Of a stretch of DNA of 64,000 bases, positions 27,115 to 38,499 are shown piece after piece. The stretch covers positions 434,001 to 498,000 of the forward strand of contig LSRY02000048.1 in assembly GCA_001643675.2 (NCBI GenBank), written 5' to 3'. The notes under the pieces were generated by a model. That model made no database searches and was not told the origin of the DNA. It saw nothing but the letters and a program-made list of their open reading frames with translations. Source of the stretch: Monocercomonoides exilis PA203 (Eukaryota; Protista; Preaxostyla). The position numbers were made by a program, and so were the translations under genes. The stretch's first letter is position 1. Every line of letters begins with the position of its first letter.

Positions 27115-28567
27115 TCAAAGAAGTGTTGTGTCTCCTGCCTCTTCGCTTTCATCTGCCATCAGCTCTTTTCCTTCTTCCTCGACTTCTCGTTTTCCCATCA
27201 CTTTCGCATTTTCTGCTCCGATTTCACTAAATTCACCATCTTCGCCATCTCCGCTGTCTGAGAGTGGAATGAAAGGTCGTTCAGATTGCTTCTTCTTGCA
27301 GCATTTGCAGCAGTATGTGCAGGAAGATCCTGAGCAGATGTGCTTTCTGTTGCGGAAGTGCCAGCAAAGCAGAAGCGGAAGAACGAACAAAAGCAAAAAC
27401 AGAGTGAACGACAAAGTGAAACACAGCATCCTCGTCTTTCCTGGTGGGAATATTGCATCCTTTTTATGAGGAGGAGTAAAAAAAAGAGAGAGAGAGAGAG
27501 AGAGGAAGAGGAAGAGGAAGAGGAAGAGGAAGAGGAAGAGGAAGAGAGAAAGAGAAAGAGAGAGAGAGAGAGAGAGAGCAGAAATCAAGGACATTGAAGA
27601 TATTAATTAAAGAAGGAACAAAAGATAATTGATGATGACATTTAGAAAGCTTGAAATATGATCTGAGATGTTCAAACGATTGCAACAGCATTGCAATGAT
27701 GCTCCTTTTCTGGCACTGAGATAATCATATAAGGTTCGTTTTTGCATGGTGATGCGCATGCAGAATCTTCTGGCAAATCAAAAGCTGCTAATTCTGCTCG
27801 AAATGATTGAAAAGGGAAAGTGTTATTCTCGCAATTTTCAAGGGCAAATGTGTAGGAGGCACTATTTGGTGAATTGAAAACTGTTGAAAGAGTTCCATTT
27901 GCTAGCGACAATTTTGCCAGCACTTGCGAAAAATTGTTCTGGTGAAAAGACGAAATGTTGATCAATAAGTTCAAAAAAAAAAGGTGAAGACAAACGTTTG
28001 GTGATATGAAGCCTTCGCAAGAGCCTGGGGGCTTCAAACTCCAGGTTATTTTTGTTCCGCGAACAAGATACAAGTCTACGTATTGCAAAAGATCAACTGA
28101 CGCAAAATGCTTTTGTAAATGGAAAAAATTGAATTGAGTCAAACCTTCAAAATAAGACTGTTTAATATTCCATTCCTTTCGAATAGGCTTTTTGAGCAAA
28201 GAAAATGGAACCTTGCTAGAATGAATATTGCATGTATCTGAAACAATCTGAAAGAGTTGAGAAATTGATATGGAGTTTTTAAAAGTAATAAAACTGTTGG
28301 ATCGTTCCAATGTTCATGTGCAACATCAAAATTCATTCCATCCAAAATTAGAATATGCTTAACAACTCCACTTTTCAGAGAGATAATTTCTGCAAGAAAA
28401 AACCCCGAACTTATGGATATAGCCAATAATATTGAAAAAACTATGATTGTGAAAAAAAGGCGAAGAGGAGATGTATCAAGCAACTTGTTTCATTTAAAAA
28501 GAAAAAAGAAAAAATATTAAAAAGAACAAAAACAAATGAACACCTTATCCTTGATAACTCCGCACAT
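27115..28567 (-). CDS. Six-exon membrane protein (~340 aa): N-terminal TM, luminal domain, second TM, Cys-rich cytosolic tail; exons 28567-28544, 28483-28295, 28247-28145, 28096-27996, 27938-27678, 27459-27115
   Basis: ORFs 28139-28483, 27672-28310 and 27115-27594 join in frame through GT-AG introns. Hydrophobic spans LFFTIIVFSILLAISISSGFFL and LCFTLSFTLFLLLFVLPLLLCW; tail CTYCCKCC. Internal splice choices are partly ambiguous. Confidence 0.65.
27486..27577. repeat. (GA)n/(GAAGAG)n compound microsatellite inside the last intron of the membrane-protein gene
   Basis: Read directly; lies in predicted intron 27460-27677. Confidence 0.85.
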
Positions 28568-28797
28568 TTTCGCAAAAATGAATGATGATAAAATTAAATA
28601 AGGGACAGTGGAGTGATTATCTTTGTTGTTAAAAATGGAAATCTACAATTGAAAAAGAGTTTTGAATATTTATTAAAAAATAAGCAATATTAAATACTTT
28701 TGTGAAATGATTTGAAATGATTTTTATCAGCTAAATTGTTGAATTTTCTTTTCTTTTATCATCATACAATCAATTCAATTATCATCGTTTATTGATT

Positions 28798-30053
28798 TCA
28801 GTTTGATTTCTTTGATTCTCTTTCAAGTTTTTTCCTTTTATATTCTTCCTCTTGTTCTTTCAAGCGTTGCAGTTTTGCGGTCGGATTATGGCTTCTGCCT
28901 CTCAAGCCACCCATCTGAATAAGGGCATCGTCTCCAGAGTTAGTCAAAAGCTCGAAGGGAGAAGGAGAGGGAGAAGGTGAAGGAGACAGAGAAGGCTGCG
29001 GAGAAGGCGAAGACGCAGGTGAAGGCGATGCAGAAGCTGTCTCTGAACACGTGCTTGAAGTGGTGTTGCTGAGAAGTGATGGATAGAGAATGGATGTACT
29101 TGAAGAAAATCGGGAATATGGCAAAGGTGAAGATGATTGAAGATGATCTGACATAAGAACAGATGGAGAGACAGAAGAAGCGATCATGCTGCTTGCAACT
29201 GGCTCTGGAATCGCACTAGAAACGTTAGCACTTCGTAATTTTTCTAATTTTTTAAGCTTTTTGCGCTCGCTCTTCGCTTCTTTTCTGAGTTGTTTTTCCA
29301 TTTTCTCTTTATGTTTAACTTCTTTGTGCTTTTTTTTATTATTATCTTGTTCTTTTTGTTTGCAAATCTTATTTTCTTCATTTCCTTCGTCCTTTTCGCA
29401 TGGTGGATGCTCTTTTTTATCTTTCTTTTTTTTTTCGTCTTTGTGTTTTTTATGATGCTTTTTGTGTTTCTTTTTCTCTTTGTGCGAGCTTTCTGAATTT
29501 TCCATTTCAACATCTTTTAATTTTCGTTTATGTCCCTGTACCCTATCCTTCAGACTTTCAGTAAAATCATTTGAATTATGCTCTTCGTTTTCTTCTTCAA
29601 TTGAAGGTTTCATTGGAGGTGGGCTTGGATCAATTCGTTTGGCGATATCTTCATAAAGCTTTTGGAGTTGATGCGATAAAATAAAAACTCATGTTGAAAT
29701 TAACAGTAACTCTAACCTTCTCGAACCAGTCTGCGGTTGAGTCCTTGGTGATAAATCGTTCTTGCTTAATTCCTACAAGGCATGCGGTTGGCCCATCTTC
29801 CTTCTTTCCCAAGCCAGAACCTCAACGTTAATAATAAAATAAAAAAAGAATTCTGCGATCAGTTGCTTGTTTGAATGATGAATTCTAACCTTCCTTCCAT
29901 CCAAGTTTTAAAAGTAATCTTCTTCCTAAATAATTGCGTAATTATAGAAAATTTTACAAATTGCTCGTGTTGAAATAATATTAACAAATCATGCGGCACC
30001 ACACCTAATGACCCTCTTGTAATTTCCGGCTTTGAAACTCCAACAGAAGCCAT
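28798..30053 (-). CDS. G-patch domain protein with Lys/Glu-rich tail (PINX1/Pxr1- or GPATCH4-like); exons 30053-30005, 29925-29890, 29820-29717, 29658-28798 (~349 aa)
   Basis: Spliced N-terminus MASVGVSKPEITRGSLGRRLLLKLGWKEGSGLGKKEDGPTACLVGIKQERFITKDSTADWFEKLYEDIA matches the G-patch consensus G.xxL.KxGW..G.GLG...G. It is followed by a KKE/D-rich region. Confidence 0.85.
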
Positions 30054-31049
30054 TAGAAATTGAAAAATTATTTTATGGCGCATCCCATATTTAAAATAAC
30101 AATTCATCATTCAATTTAGTCATTTTTGCAGATTTATTTTTTTTATATTAAACCTATTGCTGTCTTTATTTTGAGAGCGAAGAAGAATGAGAAAACCAGA
30201 TTTCTGTTCTTTTCAAAATTGGATAGAATTTGTGTAACAAAATTTCAAGAGAAAATTATCACAAACAATTAATAAATGCTTATTCCTGATAACACCAGTT
30301 TATTCTTATTAATACATCAACAAAATTTTTCTTGATCTTCAATTTTTCAACGAAAATGTAAAAAATTTTTATTGATTCGATTTGATTACACATTAATATC
30401 CATAAGATATTTATTTAAATATAATAAAGTCAAACAGTTATTCTCTCAAACAAAAAAGATATATCCTGTCGATATGAATGAAATGATTGGAGATCAAAAG
30501 GGGTAACAAGTTTCACAAACAATCGAAAAGATGGTATCTTCGAAAAAATGTTCAAATGATGATGATTTACAATTATTGATGAGTTTCGCTCAAAAATAGA
30601 AGAAGTTATTATAAATGAAGGAAGGGAAAGGAAATCGATTAATTATTCGGAAGATAAATTCGCAGAATAGTTTTTAAGTCGAAATTCAAATCTCTTTGCG
30701 AAAAAATAACTTCTTGGAAATTATCAGATTTGACAAGCTAAATCAGAACAGTAAACGAAAAAGAGAAGAGAATCAGTATTTGAGAGCATATTCGTGACAT
30801 GCACACTTTCGGTCACAAGTGACATCGAGACATACTTCAAAGTTGCTCCAGTCGCATTCAAAATGTTAAACTTTCAGTTTATTTCTTATTCTGCAATACA
30901 AGAAGGAGGATTATTATTTTTATATCCAAATCGAGCATAAGCATCAAATAATGGAATTTGTTGTTGTTTAATGTTTTTCCATGGAAGCAAATGCCTGGTC
31001 AATGATCAAAATGGCTGCGACATAATCTATACAGATTATTGAAATATCT

Positions 31050-31620
31050 TTTTTAACTCAGATAATCCGTTCTATAAATGTTACACAACAAACACGAATG
31101 AACAGAGAATGTGTTATGCATACAACTACTCGAATGCAGGTGCTTGGTCTCATCAGCACACAGAAAAGTGGATTTGGCTGAAGGACAATACGATCTATGT
31201 TTCTGTGAGTGGGAATGATACGTCTCCATTTTGCGGGGTAAACTTGTCATATCCGTGTGTGACAGTGAAAAAGGTTTTTGAAATGTGTGAAATACAGATA
31301 AGCTTTACAATAACTCTGATGAAAGGAAATCGCAAAAGCGAAAAAGCAACAGTTGAGATTGGATTAAAGAAGATTTCTGTCATTGGGATAGGCAAAGAGA
31401 AAAGTACGATTGGAACAAAAACAAATTTTATTCGTTCATTCTCCTCCTCTTCATTTGCTTATTATTTCTTCTTCTTCAACTTCCTTTTTTTCCTTTTCTT
31501 CAAATGCTTCAAATGCTTCAAATTCTTCTTTATCAATATTTTCTCACAAGCACTCTTCCAGAAACCTTTTCGCTTCTCCTCTTCATTCACTAACAAATCA
31601 TTGCTTTCTTTTTCTTTCCC
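31050..31620 (+). pseudogene. Fragment of the beta-helix surface-protein family
   Basis: IYVSVSGNDTSPFCGVNLSYPCVTVKK has the same CG...PC module as the 52.5-62.3 kb gene; the frame then decays with frameshifts. Confidence 0.65.
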
Positions 31621-32439
31621 ATTCCAAATCCATCTTCACGATGTGCTGTTTGGAAGAGATATAATGAATGAACGCAGCTTCCAAAACTCTCTTGTGATAT
31701 TCATGTTGAATAACTCATTCGAGGTGATTAAATACATAAAGATTTCAGCAGAGAAAGAGATGGAGCAGCCAGTGAATCTAAATTCAAGAAGAAATCATTG
31801 CGCATAGCTTCATGAATAAAGCAAAATGCTCAAAAATGTTAACAAGCCACACGTCACAATTTCTGCAATTTTTTTCTTCAACAGATTCAATCTCATGCGT
31901 TATTCTCTGAGCGCAGAAGAGGCATGTTGTCAATGGCCCTGATGCGGAAAGCACATCAATAAACCATTGACAGATTTGAAAGATGGATTCTGATATCTTA
32001 TCAAAATTCATTCTGAGCAATTGGTGAGCTGAAGGCAACAGAACGTTGGAACTAAGGAATACCAAATCATTTCTATTTGAACAGAACAGCAAGAATTTGG
32101 AATGCAAGACCTCAAAAGTGTGTATAGATGATATCTTCATTTGACGAAGCATCACATAAAAACATCACTTCAGCAACGCTGTTGTTGTTCTTTGATGAAG
32201 CTGAAAAGAATAAAAGAAAGAAAAGAAAAAGAAAAAGAAGAAAAAAAAACAAGAACAAAAGAAAACAAGTAAATTTTTGAAGGTGCTTCTCATTTATGGG
32301 AAAGATAAAGACGTTATAAGATGAATGTTAAGAGCAAAGGAAAAAAGCAAGAGAAAGAACTTGTATTGGAAGATTAAAAGAAGCATTCAAAGAATCAGGC
32401 AGTGTGAAAGAAAATACGGAAAGGAAGAAAGAAATTTCC

Positions 32440-33500
32440 ATGAGCAACAAACCGCTGCTCCTGTTGTGCACAATCAACCTCTCCAATAGATATGGTCAAT
32501 GCCACAGAACACCCTTCGTCATTATTATTTGAATACCAGTGTTGGATCAACTTATCACAATCATTGCATGTTGTGTATTGAATGTGTAAAAAGTGGTGGC
32601 ATGGAAGATAATATTTCACTACACAAATCCCAATTTGTCTCTTTTCACTGAGCATGTTCCAGCCGAATCAAGAGAAGTCTCATCAGCGGTGCTGAAAACT
32701 GGACTGAAATTAACACCTCCAATAAATCAGAGTCCATGTGTGGAATGAATATCCTATGCTCCAGCTGGCGGCAAATCTACAGATTGTGGTGAAAGGGATC
32801 ATCACTTCATGCATTACACCGATCTTCACATCCTCTGGGAAGGACAAAGTTAACTTAAACGAAGATCTGAAACCGTCACTCGAGGCACATCTCAATTTAA
32901 ACATCTGCTCGACAGTCAACAAAAAAATTGCTTGTTCTCCATCAAACATCATTTCGGTTTTGGTGTTTGCGCATTGAGCTCGAATGGGGAGACAGAGAAG
33001 GCAAAGATGTTATTCACAAAGCATGTGATGGGTACGCAGAAGGAAATAGAGAAGAGGATTAATGAAATCTTTGGGAATCAGCATTTATCTGCATATTCAA
33101 AGCTTCAATTCCATGATCTGTCTTGTTTTTCCAGTCAACGTTGAATATGAATTTATCCAATCCGAGTTCAAAGTTCACATTCCTTTCTCAAATACAAATG
33201 GAAGGCGAAACAGAAATGTCATTTGCGTCTCATTTTGAACTCCATCTGTGCTGATGGAAGCAAAGGGCATTCTAATGAAGCTTGATGCAGTTGAGCTTCT
33301 TAACAGTAAAGCTGCTTTGTATTTGTGCCTCAAGCAATTCTGCAATGATTTATTTTTTCCATGGAGGTTTTTTTAATTCTAATCTTTTATCATTTTTGTT
33401 CGCTTTCTGCATTTGCAACTTGTTGAAGCCATTGCAATAGCTTTTCAACTTCCGATCGCCTTTGTGGAACACTTGATCAGTTGCTTCACTGGAGGCAGGA
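32440..33500 (-). pseudogene. Heavily degraded coding relic, probably the same surface-protein family
   Basis: Higher-GC, Ser/Cys-rich broken frames with many stops; family assignment is weak. Confidence 0.3.
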
Positions 33501-33720
33501 TTTGGCAAACTTGTGATTCAGGTTTCCCATTTATGTATGCGAAAATTAAGGAACAGAGTGTGTGAAATGAATGCAAACAATGCGGCTCTATATACATTCA
33601 TTTCGCCTAATTTTCAAAAAAACTGAAATAAAACCGAATAATTTCTAAATTTAGTCTGTTATTTTTGAATTTGAATTCTAATTTTGTTTTCGGTTTAATA
33701 GTGATTTGTATGCTATTTTG

Positions 33721-34206
33721 GGCAAGATGCTACTTTAAGGGTACCCGATTTTTTCGTTAAATTTATGAATAAATAGCTAAAAAATTCAATGGAGAGATAT
33801 TATAAGTATATTAGGTTTATAATAATCAATTGATCAAAACTGAAAATGATTGAATGTTTTTTTATTCAAATCTTAAGTTTTACGAGACTTTTTTCAAACT
33901 TCATATCAGTGCTTGAATCGAGTTATTATCAACCCTAACAATTGCAAATAGCCCTTGAATACAAATTATGAAATCAAAAAATGACTTTTTATCATTATTT
34001 AATGAATTTATCAAAAAAAAATTTATTTAAAAATTTCAATTAGGGAACAGTTGTTTTCGAGAACGTAAACCCTAAAAAATATTAAATGAAAAATAAAACA
34101 TTCAGTCAACACCAAAGAGTGTTGATGAAAATTCAATTGGAAACATTTAGCCTTTTCATAAAGCTAATTTAAAATTTTTTAGGTACCCTTAAAGTAGCCC
34201 TTTGCC
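33721..34206. mobile_element. 486-bp non-autonomous DNA transposon (MITE), Merlin-like ends
   Basis: Left TIR GGCAAGATGCTACTTTAAGGGTACC (33721-33745) matches the reverse complement of 34182-34206, GGCAAAGGGCTACTTTAAGGGTACC, at 22/25. Exact 8-bp TSD CTATTTTG at 33713-33720 and 34207-34214. AT-rich non-coding interior. Confidence 0.9.
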
Positions 34207-34503
34207 CTATTTTGTTTCGTCTTCCAATGTGAATTATTATTTTTTTCAAAATTTTGAAACTATTTTTCGGTTGTTAAATGACGATCCAGAAAAAAGTCAC
34301 ACATAAAAAAGGAAGACACTATTTCTCCAGAACACAAAAGTTAAATGTAATCGAATATTCAAGTCAAAATGAAATTCATATGAAAGATTAGAATACCGGT
34401 TGCGTTTCATTTATTTTTAAAATTTGAAAAAAAATGGGTTTATTTATTGAAATACATGTGATGTCACACAACATGATGTTATTATATCAATGACATTTGC
34501 TTG

Positions 34504-34622
34504 CAGATATGAAAATCAAATTTATTTTGAAATCTGGTTATGTTTAATAATGTTGCAAGTGAAGCAGTTTTATCATGCTTTGTGCATTAAAAGCTTGAAA
34601 GTCCATATTTTCCCCCAAATGA
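34504..34622 (+). repeat. Dispersed ~120-bp non-coding repeat, copy A
   Basis: Collinear with 63879-63998; core TCATGCTTTGTGCATTAAAAGCTTGAAAGTCCATATTTTCC versus TCATGCTTTGTGCATAAAAAGCTTGAAAGTTCGTATTTTCC. Confidence 0.8.
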
Positions 34623-34913
34623 GTTCAACGAGCTTTTTAAAATTCAAAAGATTTAAAAAATATAAATAAAACAGATTTTTGATATCAAAAAATCGAGAAA
34701 TTCTTAATAGTAATTTTTGAAAAAATCTAAGAACTTTCATTTATTAACATATTCTTTTTTGACGAAAAATTAAGAAGTCCATCTTAAAAAAATACAATAA
34801 CTATTTTTTTCCACCTCGTAAAATTGAGTTTTTTGAAAAACATAACAATTTTCTAAAAAATTGTTCATTTGAAAAATATAAAGGGTTATGATCAAAAAAG
34901 AAAACTGAACTGA

Positions 34914-37257
34914 ATGTCAACGAACACGCAAAGAGTTAATATTTGCACTTTCAAGGAGGGGAACATTTCATTAAATCTGAATAATGATGATTGGATGAAG
35001 GGGGTTAAGCGAGGGCTTGCAGACAAATACGATGTTGATGCGCGTGATTTGTATTTCACTCAAAAGCAAAAGATAGTTTCTGACGATGCAAAAGTGCGAG
35101 ATGTTCTTGAAGTGTGGACCATTTCTTTTGTTTTCAACTTCTCTTTCTTGTCATTCTTTTCGTTATTTACAGAATAGTAGAGAAAGAATTTATTTTGTGA
35201 AGCGAAGATCTTCAGCTGGAGCGGCGGCCACAGCCACTGAAAATGAAGAGCCCTTGCCAAGAGTTGAAGAAAATCTTTCGCCCGAGCTGCGCAGCTCAAA
35301 GCCGTTTACTGTTAGCGTGACTGTTTGCAACAACGAAATGAAAGGGAAAGTGGTTTTGGTGGAAAATGTGAGGCCTGACGCAACGATTGACCAGCTTGCT
35401 ACTAGAATATTAGAGACCTCGAATATTCCTGTTGGAAGGATTTCAATTGTTTCAGAAATGGGTACAAAGTATTCAGGAACATGGAAAAGTGGGCGTCTCG
35501 AATGCCAGGAAATATCAGAAGAAAAATATGTATCTAAGCTAACGTATTGCGGGCAAAGTGGGTTGTCCTGCTGCATTTGTCAGTTGATTACAGCGAATTG
35601 TTTGCAAGAGCAGGCTTCTTCATCGACGCCTTCCTCATCCACTCCATCCTCTAACTCAAACCCATCAAATGTTGGATCAGAGGCTGCTGAGCAAAATGGA
35701 TCTCAAACGCTTACGCTGCAAATAGATTATGGCAAAGGAAATAAACTGTACATTGAAGCAGAAAAGGAGATGTTTGTGGAAGAGCTGAAGAAGATATTGG
35801 AACCGGAAGTGGGAATTTGTGCAGATAAGATGACGCTCGTTGGAGGAGGAACGATTATGGATAATGACAGGAATATTTCTTCATTCGGCCTTAAAGATGA
35901 AGATATGCTTTGTGCATATGAAAAAAACGAAGAAATGATTTTCATTTTCATCAAAAAACTTACAGGAAAAACTATTCCACTTTATGTTAATTCGAAGATG
36001 ACCATTGAAGAGTTGAAAGAAAGGATATTCGAATATGATAACACACCGCCAGATCAACAGCGGTTGATATTTGCTGGAAAGCAGTTGGAAAATGGTCGAA
36101 CTTTGAATGACTATGGAGTATATCGTGAATCAATTATTCATCTCACTTTGATGCTGCGTGGAGGGAAGAGCAATGACCTGTTTGTGATATCGCTCGGTGG
36201 GCAAACATTGAGATTTGGGATGGACGCAGCAGTGACAAGAGTGAGAGATGTGAAGCAGATGGTGGCTGAAAGAGAAGGGATTCCGGTAGAGCAGCAGAGA
36301 CTGGTGTGGGGGTTGAAAGAGCTGAGAGACGAGATGGAACTGGGTGAATATGGGATCGGGGACAAATGCACAGTGCATCTGGTGTTGAAGCTGAGGGGCG
36401 GGTTCAACCTGCAAGTGATGCATTTGGACGGGCGGGCAGTGAATGTGGAGGTGGATGGGGCAGAGTCAGTGGAGGATGTGAAGCGGAAGGTGACGGCAGT
36501 TGAAGGAGTGGATGTGAGCAAGATGCGGCTGGTATCGGCAGGAAGGTGGCTGAAAGACTGTCATGTGCTGGAAGATTTTGGGATTGGACCTGAATCAACA
36601 GTGCATCTGCTTCCAACAAGCAGAGGCGGGATGAGCGGACCAGCGCTTTCATTTGTGGATGTGACGAAGACTGATGCATTGGTGGAGAGTTCTTTCAGCA
36701 GCACAGCTCCACCTTGGCGTGTTGTGGAAAGTGGTATCAGCGTAGAAGGAATTTGCGAGAATGAGGGATGTCCTGCATTCAAGAAACAGGTAATTTGCCG
36801 ATGGAGAATGAAGACATTTGATTTGCATGGGAGCAAGCCGTTCTGCCCGTGCTGTCTAGAACAAATTGTGCCTCTGAAGCCGGGATTCTACGATTGCAGA
36901 TGGCGGATTTCATCGGTGAAAGAGGATGGGACAATGACTCACATGCCGTGGAAAGAGGCGGGGGATGAAAAATATACGACATACGACGAGAAGGAAGCCG
37001 GAACTGCAAAATTTCTTTTGCTGCAGATTGAGGCATTGCCCCGAGGGAGAGTTGTGAAGCATCCAACACTGCCATATGATGTGGCCGTGCCTAATTTGTG
37101 TGGAATTTGCCACAGAAGACAAGACGGATTCCCAATTCAAATATACAATTGTGGACACTCGTTCCATCGAAACTGCGGGAGTGACTGGGAAGAGACTGTT
37201 GGAGAGTGCCCAATTTGCCGGATGAAATTGAAGGATCAGCCAGCCCAATCTGCCTGA
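34914..37257 (+). CDS. Multi-ubiquitin-like-domain protein with Cys-rich domain and C-terminal RING-H2 (putative E3 ligase); exons 34914-35111, 35173-37257 (~760 aa)
   Basis: Ubl motifs IKKLTGKTI...[23 protein letters not shown]...[17 protein letters not shown]...LKLRGG and ...[10 protein letters not shown]...PTSRGG. RING-H2 CGIC-x13[10 protein letters not shown]10-CPIC. Intron 35112-35172 is GT-AG and joins in frame. Confidence 0.88.
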
Positions 37258-37703
37258 TTCGACAACTGAGAATAAATCATGAAAGATTCAAAATTTTAAT
37301 CAATTGATTTTTTTTTTCCTTTTACCTGGATGGAAAGCATTCAAACATTGTGGTTATTATTGTTATTTATTGAATGCTTGCTTTCTTTTGTTGATTTTAA
37401 TGTAATTTTATTTAATTTGGTTTTGTTAAAGTTCAGATTGATTTGTTTTGATTTGATTGAAAGAGAAAATGGTTGTTTCGCTTCTTTCTCTTTAAATAAT
37501 AGAGAAGGGTAAAGAAATAAATGATTTCTCGATAAATAAAATGCTTGTGATTTTATTTTTTATTTTATTTTTTTTTTTATTTTGGAAAGTTTTATTGGAT
37601 AATTTTCTGTTTTGTTTGATGTTGTGTTATTTTTATAAATCTATTGCGAATTTTTTATTAACATTTGATCGCTTGAAAAACTGATAAGAATGGAAGAGGA
37701 GCT

Positions 37704-37705
<2 letters not shown>

Positions 37706-37758
<53 letters not shown>
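37706..37758. repeat. Poly-T tract (~53 nt)
   Basis: Read directly. Confidence 0.95.
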
Positions 37759-38162
37759 AAGTGACTTATTTATTTCTTTTAAAACTTTATTTTTGTAAAA
37801 ATACTTTTTACGAAAATGTTTCGATTCCATTGAAAAATAAATTCTTTCTCCAAAAATTCTTTCCAAACATAAGCGATGAAAAGGGGAATGAGAATTATCA
37901 AACAAACAAATGAATGATCAGATAAATCGAAAAAACGATCAAAATAAAAGAAAATAAAAACATATATTCATATCGCTTTGTGGGTTATGAAAACAAAGAG
38001 AAAGAAGAAGATGATGATTGGGATAATTTGGATGCAGAGCATGTGACAGTGGAATACGACGCTGCAGCAACAGACGCCAAAGAGGAGAATGAAGTGAGCA
38101 ACATGCATCCAACAACAACTGGCCCAAATGAAGAAGACGCAAAGCAGCACCACAGCAACCAG

Positions 38163-38212
<50 letters not shown>
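38163..38212. repeat. (ATA)n microsatellite
   Basis: Read directly, about 16 units. Confidence 0.95.
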
Positions 38213-38499
38213 TGAAAGGAAAAGAAATGTTATTTTTTTTGAGTGTATGGCTGTTGTTTTGTTTATAAAAAATGCCAAAAACGTTTTGCGTGTTATCTTT
38301 TTCAATTCAATATTCCCTCTCTTTTCATTTTTCATCATCTCCGTTCATCTTTTCCCTTCTTTAACTTTATCAGTTTAATCTTTTCTCCCATCTCTCTTTT
38401 CTCTGCAAATTCTGTCCTTTTTTTGCATAAATCGTCTGTTTGTTATATTTCTTCTTTCTCAATTTCCTTTGTTTTCTTAGTCTCTTCACTTTTTCTACT

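Noticed and set aside
33933-34075. Three isolated telomere-like hexamers (CCCTAA/TTAGGG) inside the MITE
   Set aside because: Single, non-tandem copies; could be chance.
37980-38378. ORFs with poly-Ile; also poly-Phe ORFs at 42698-42979 and a poly-Lys ORF at 37633-37905
   Set aside because: Produced by simple repeats; the acidic stretch at 37985-38160 may be an orphan exon fragment but is unsupported.
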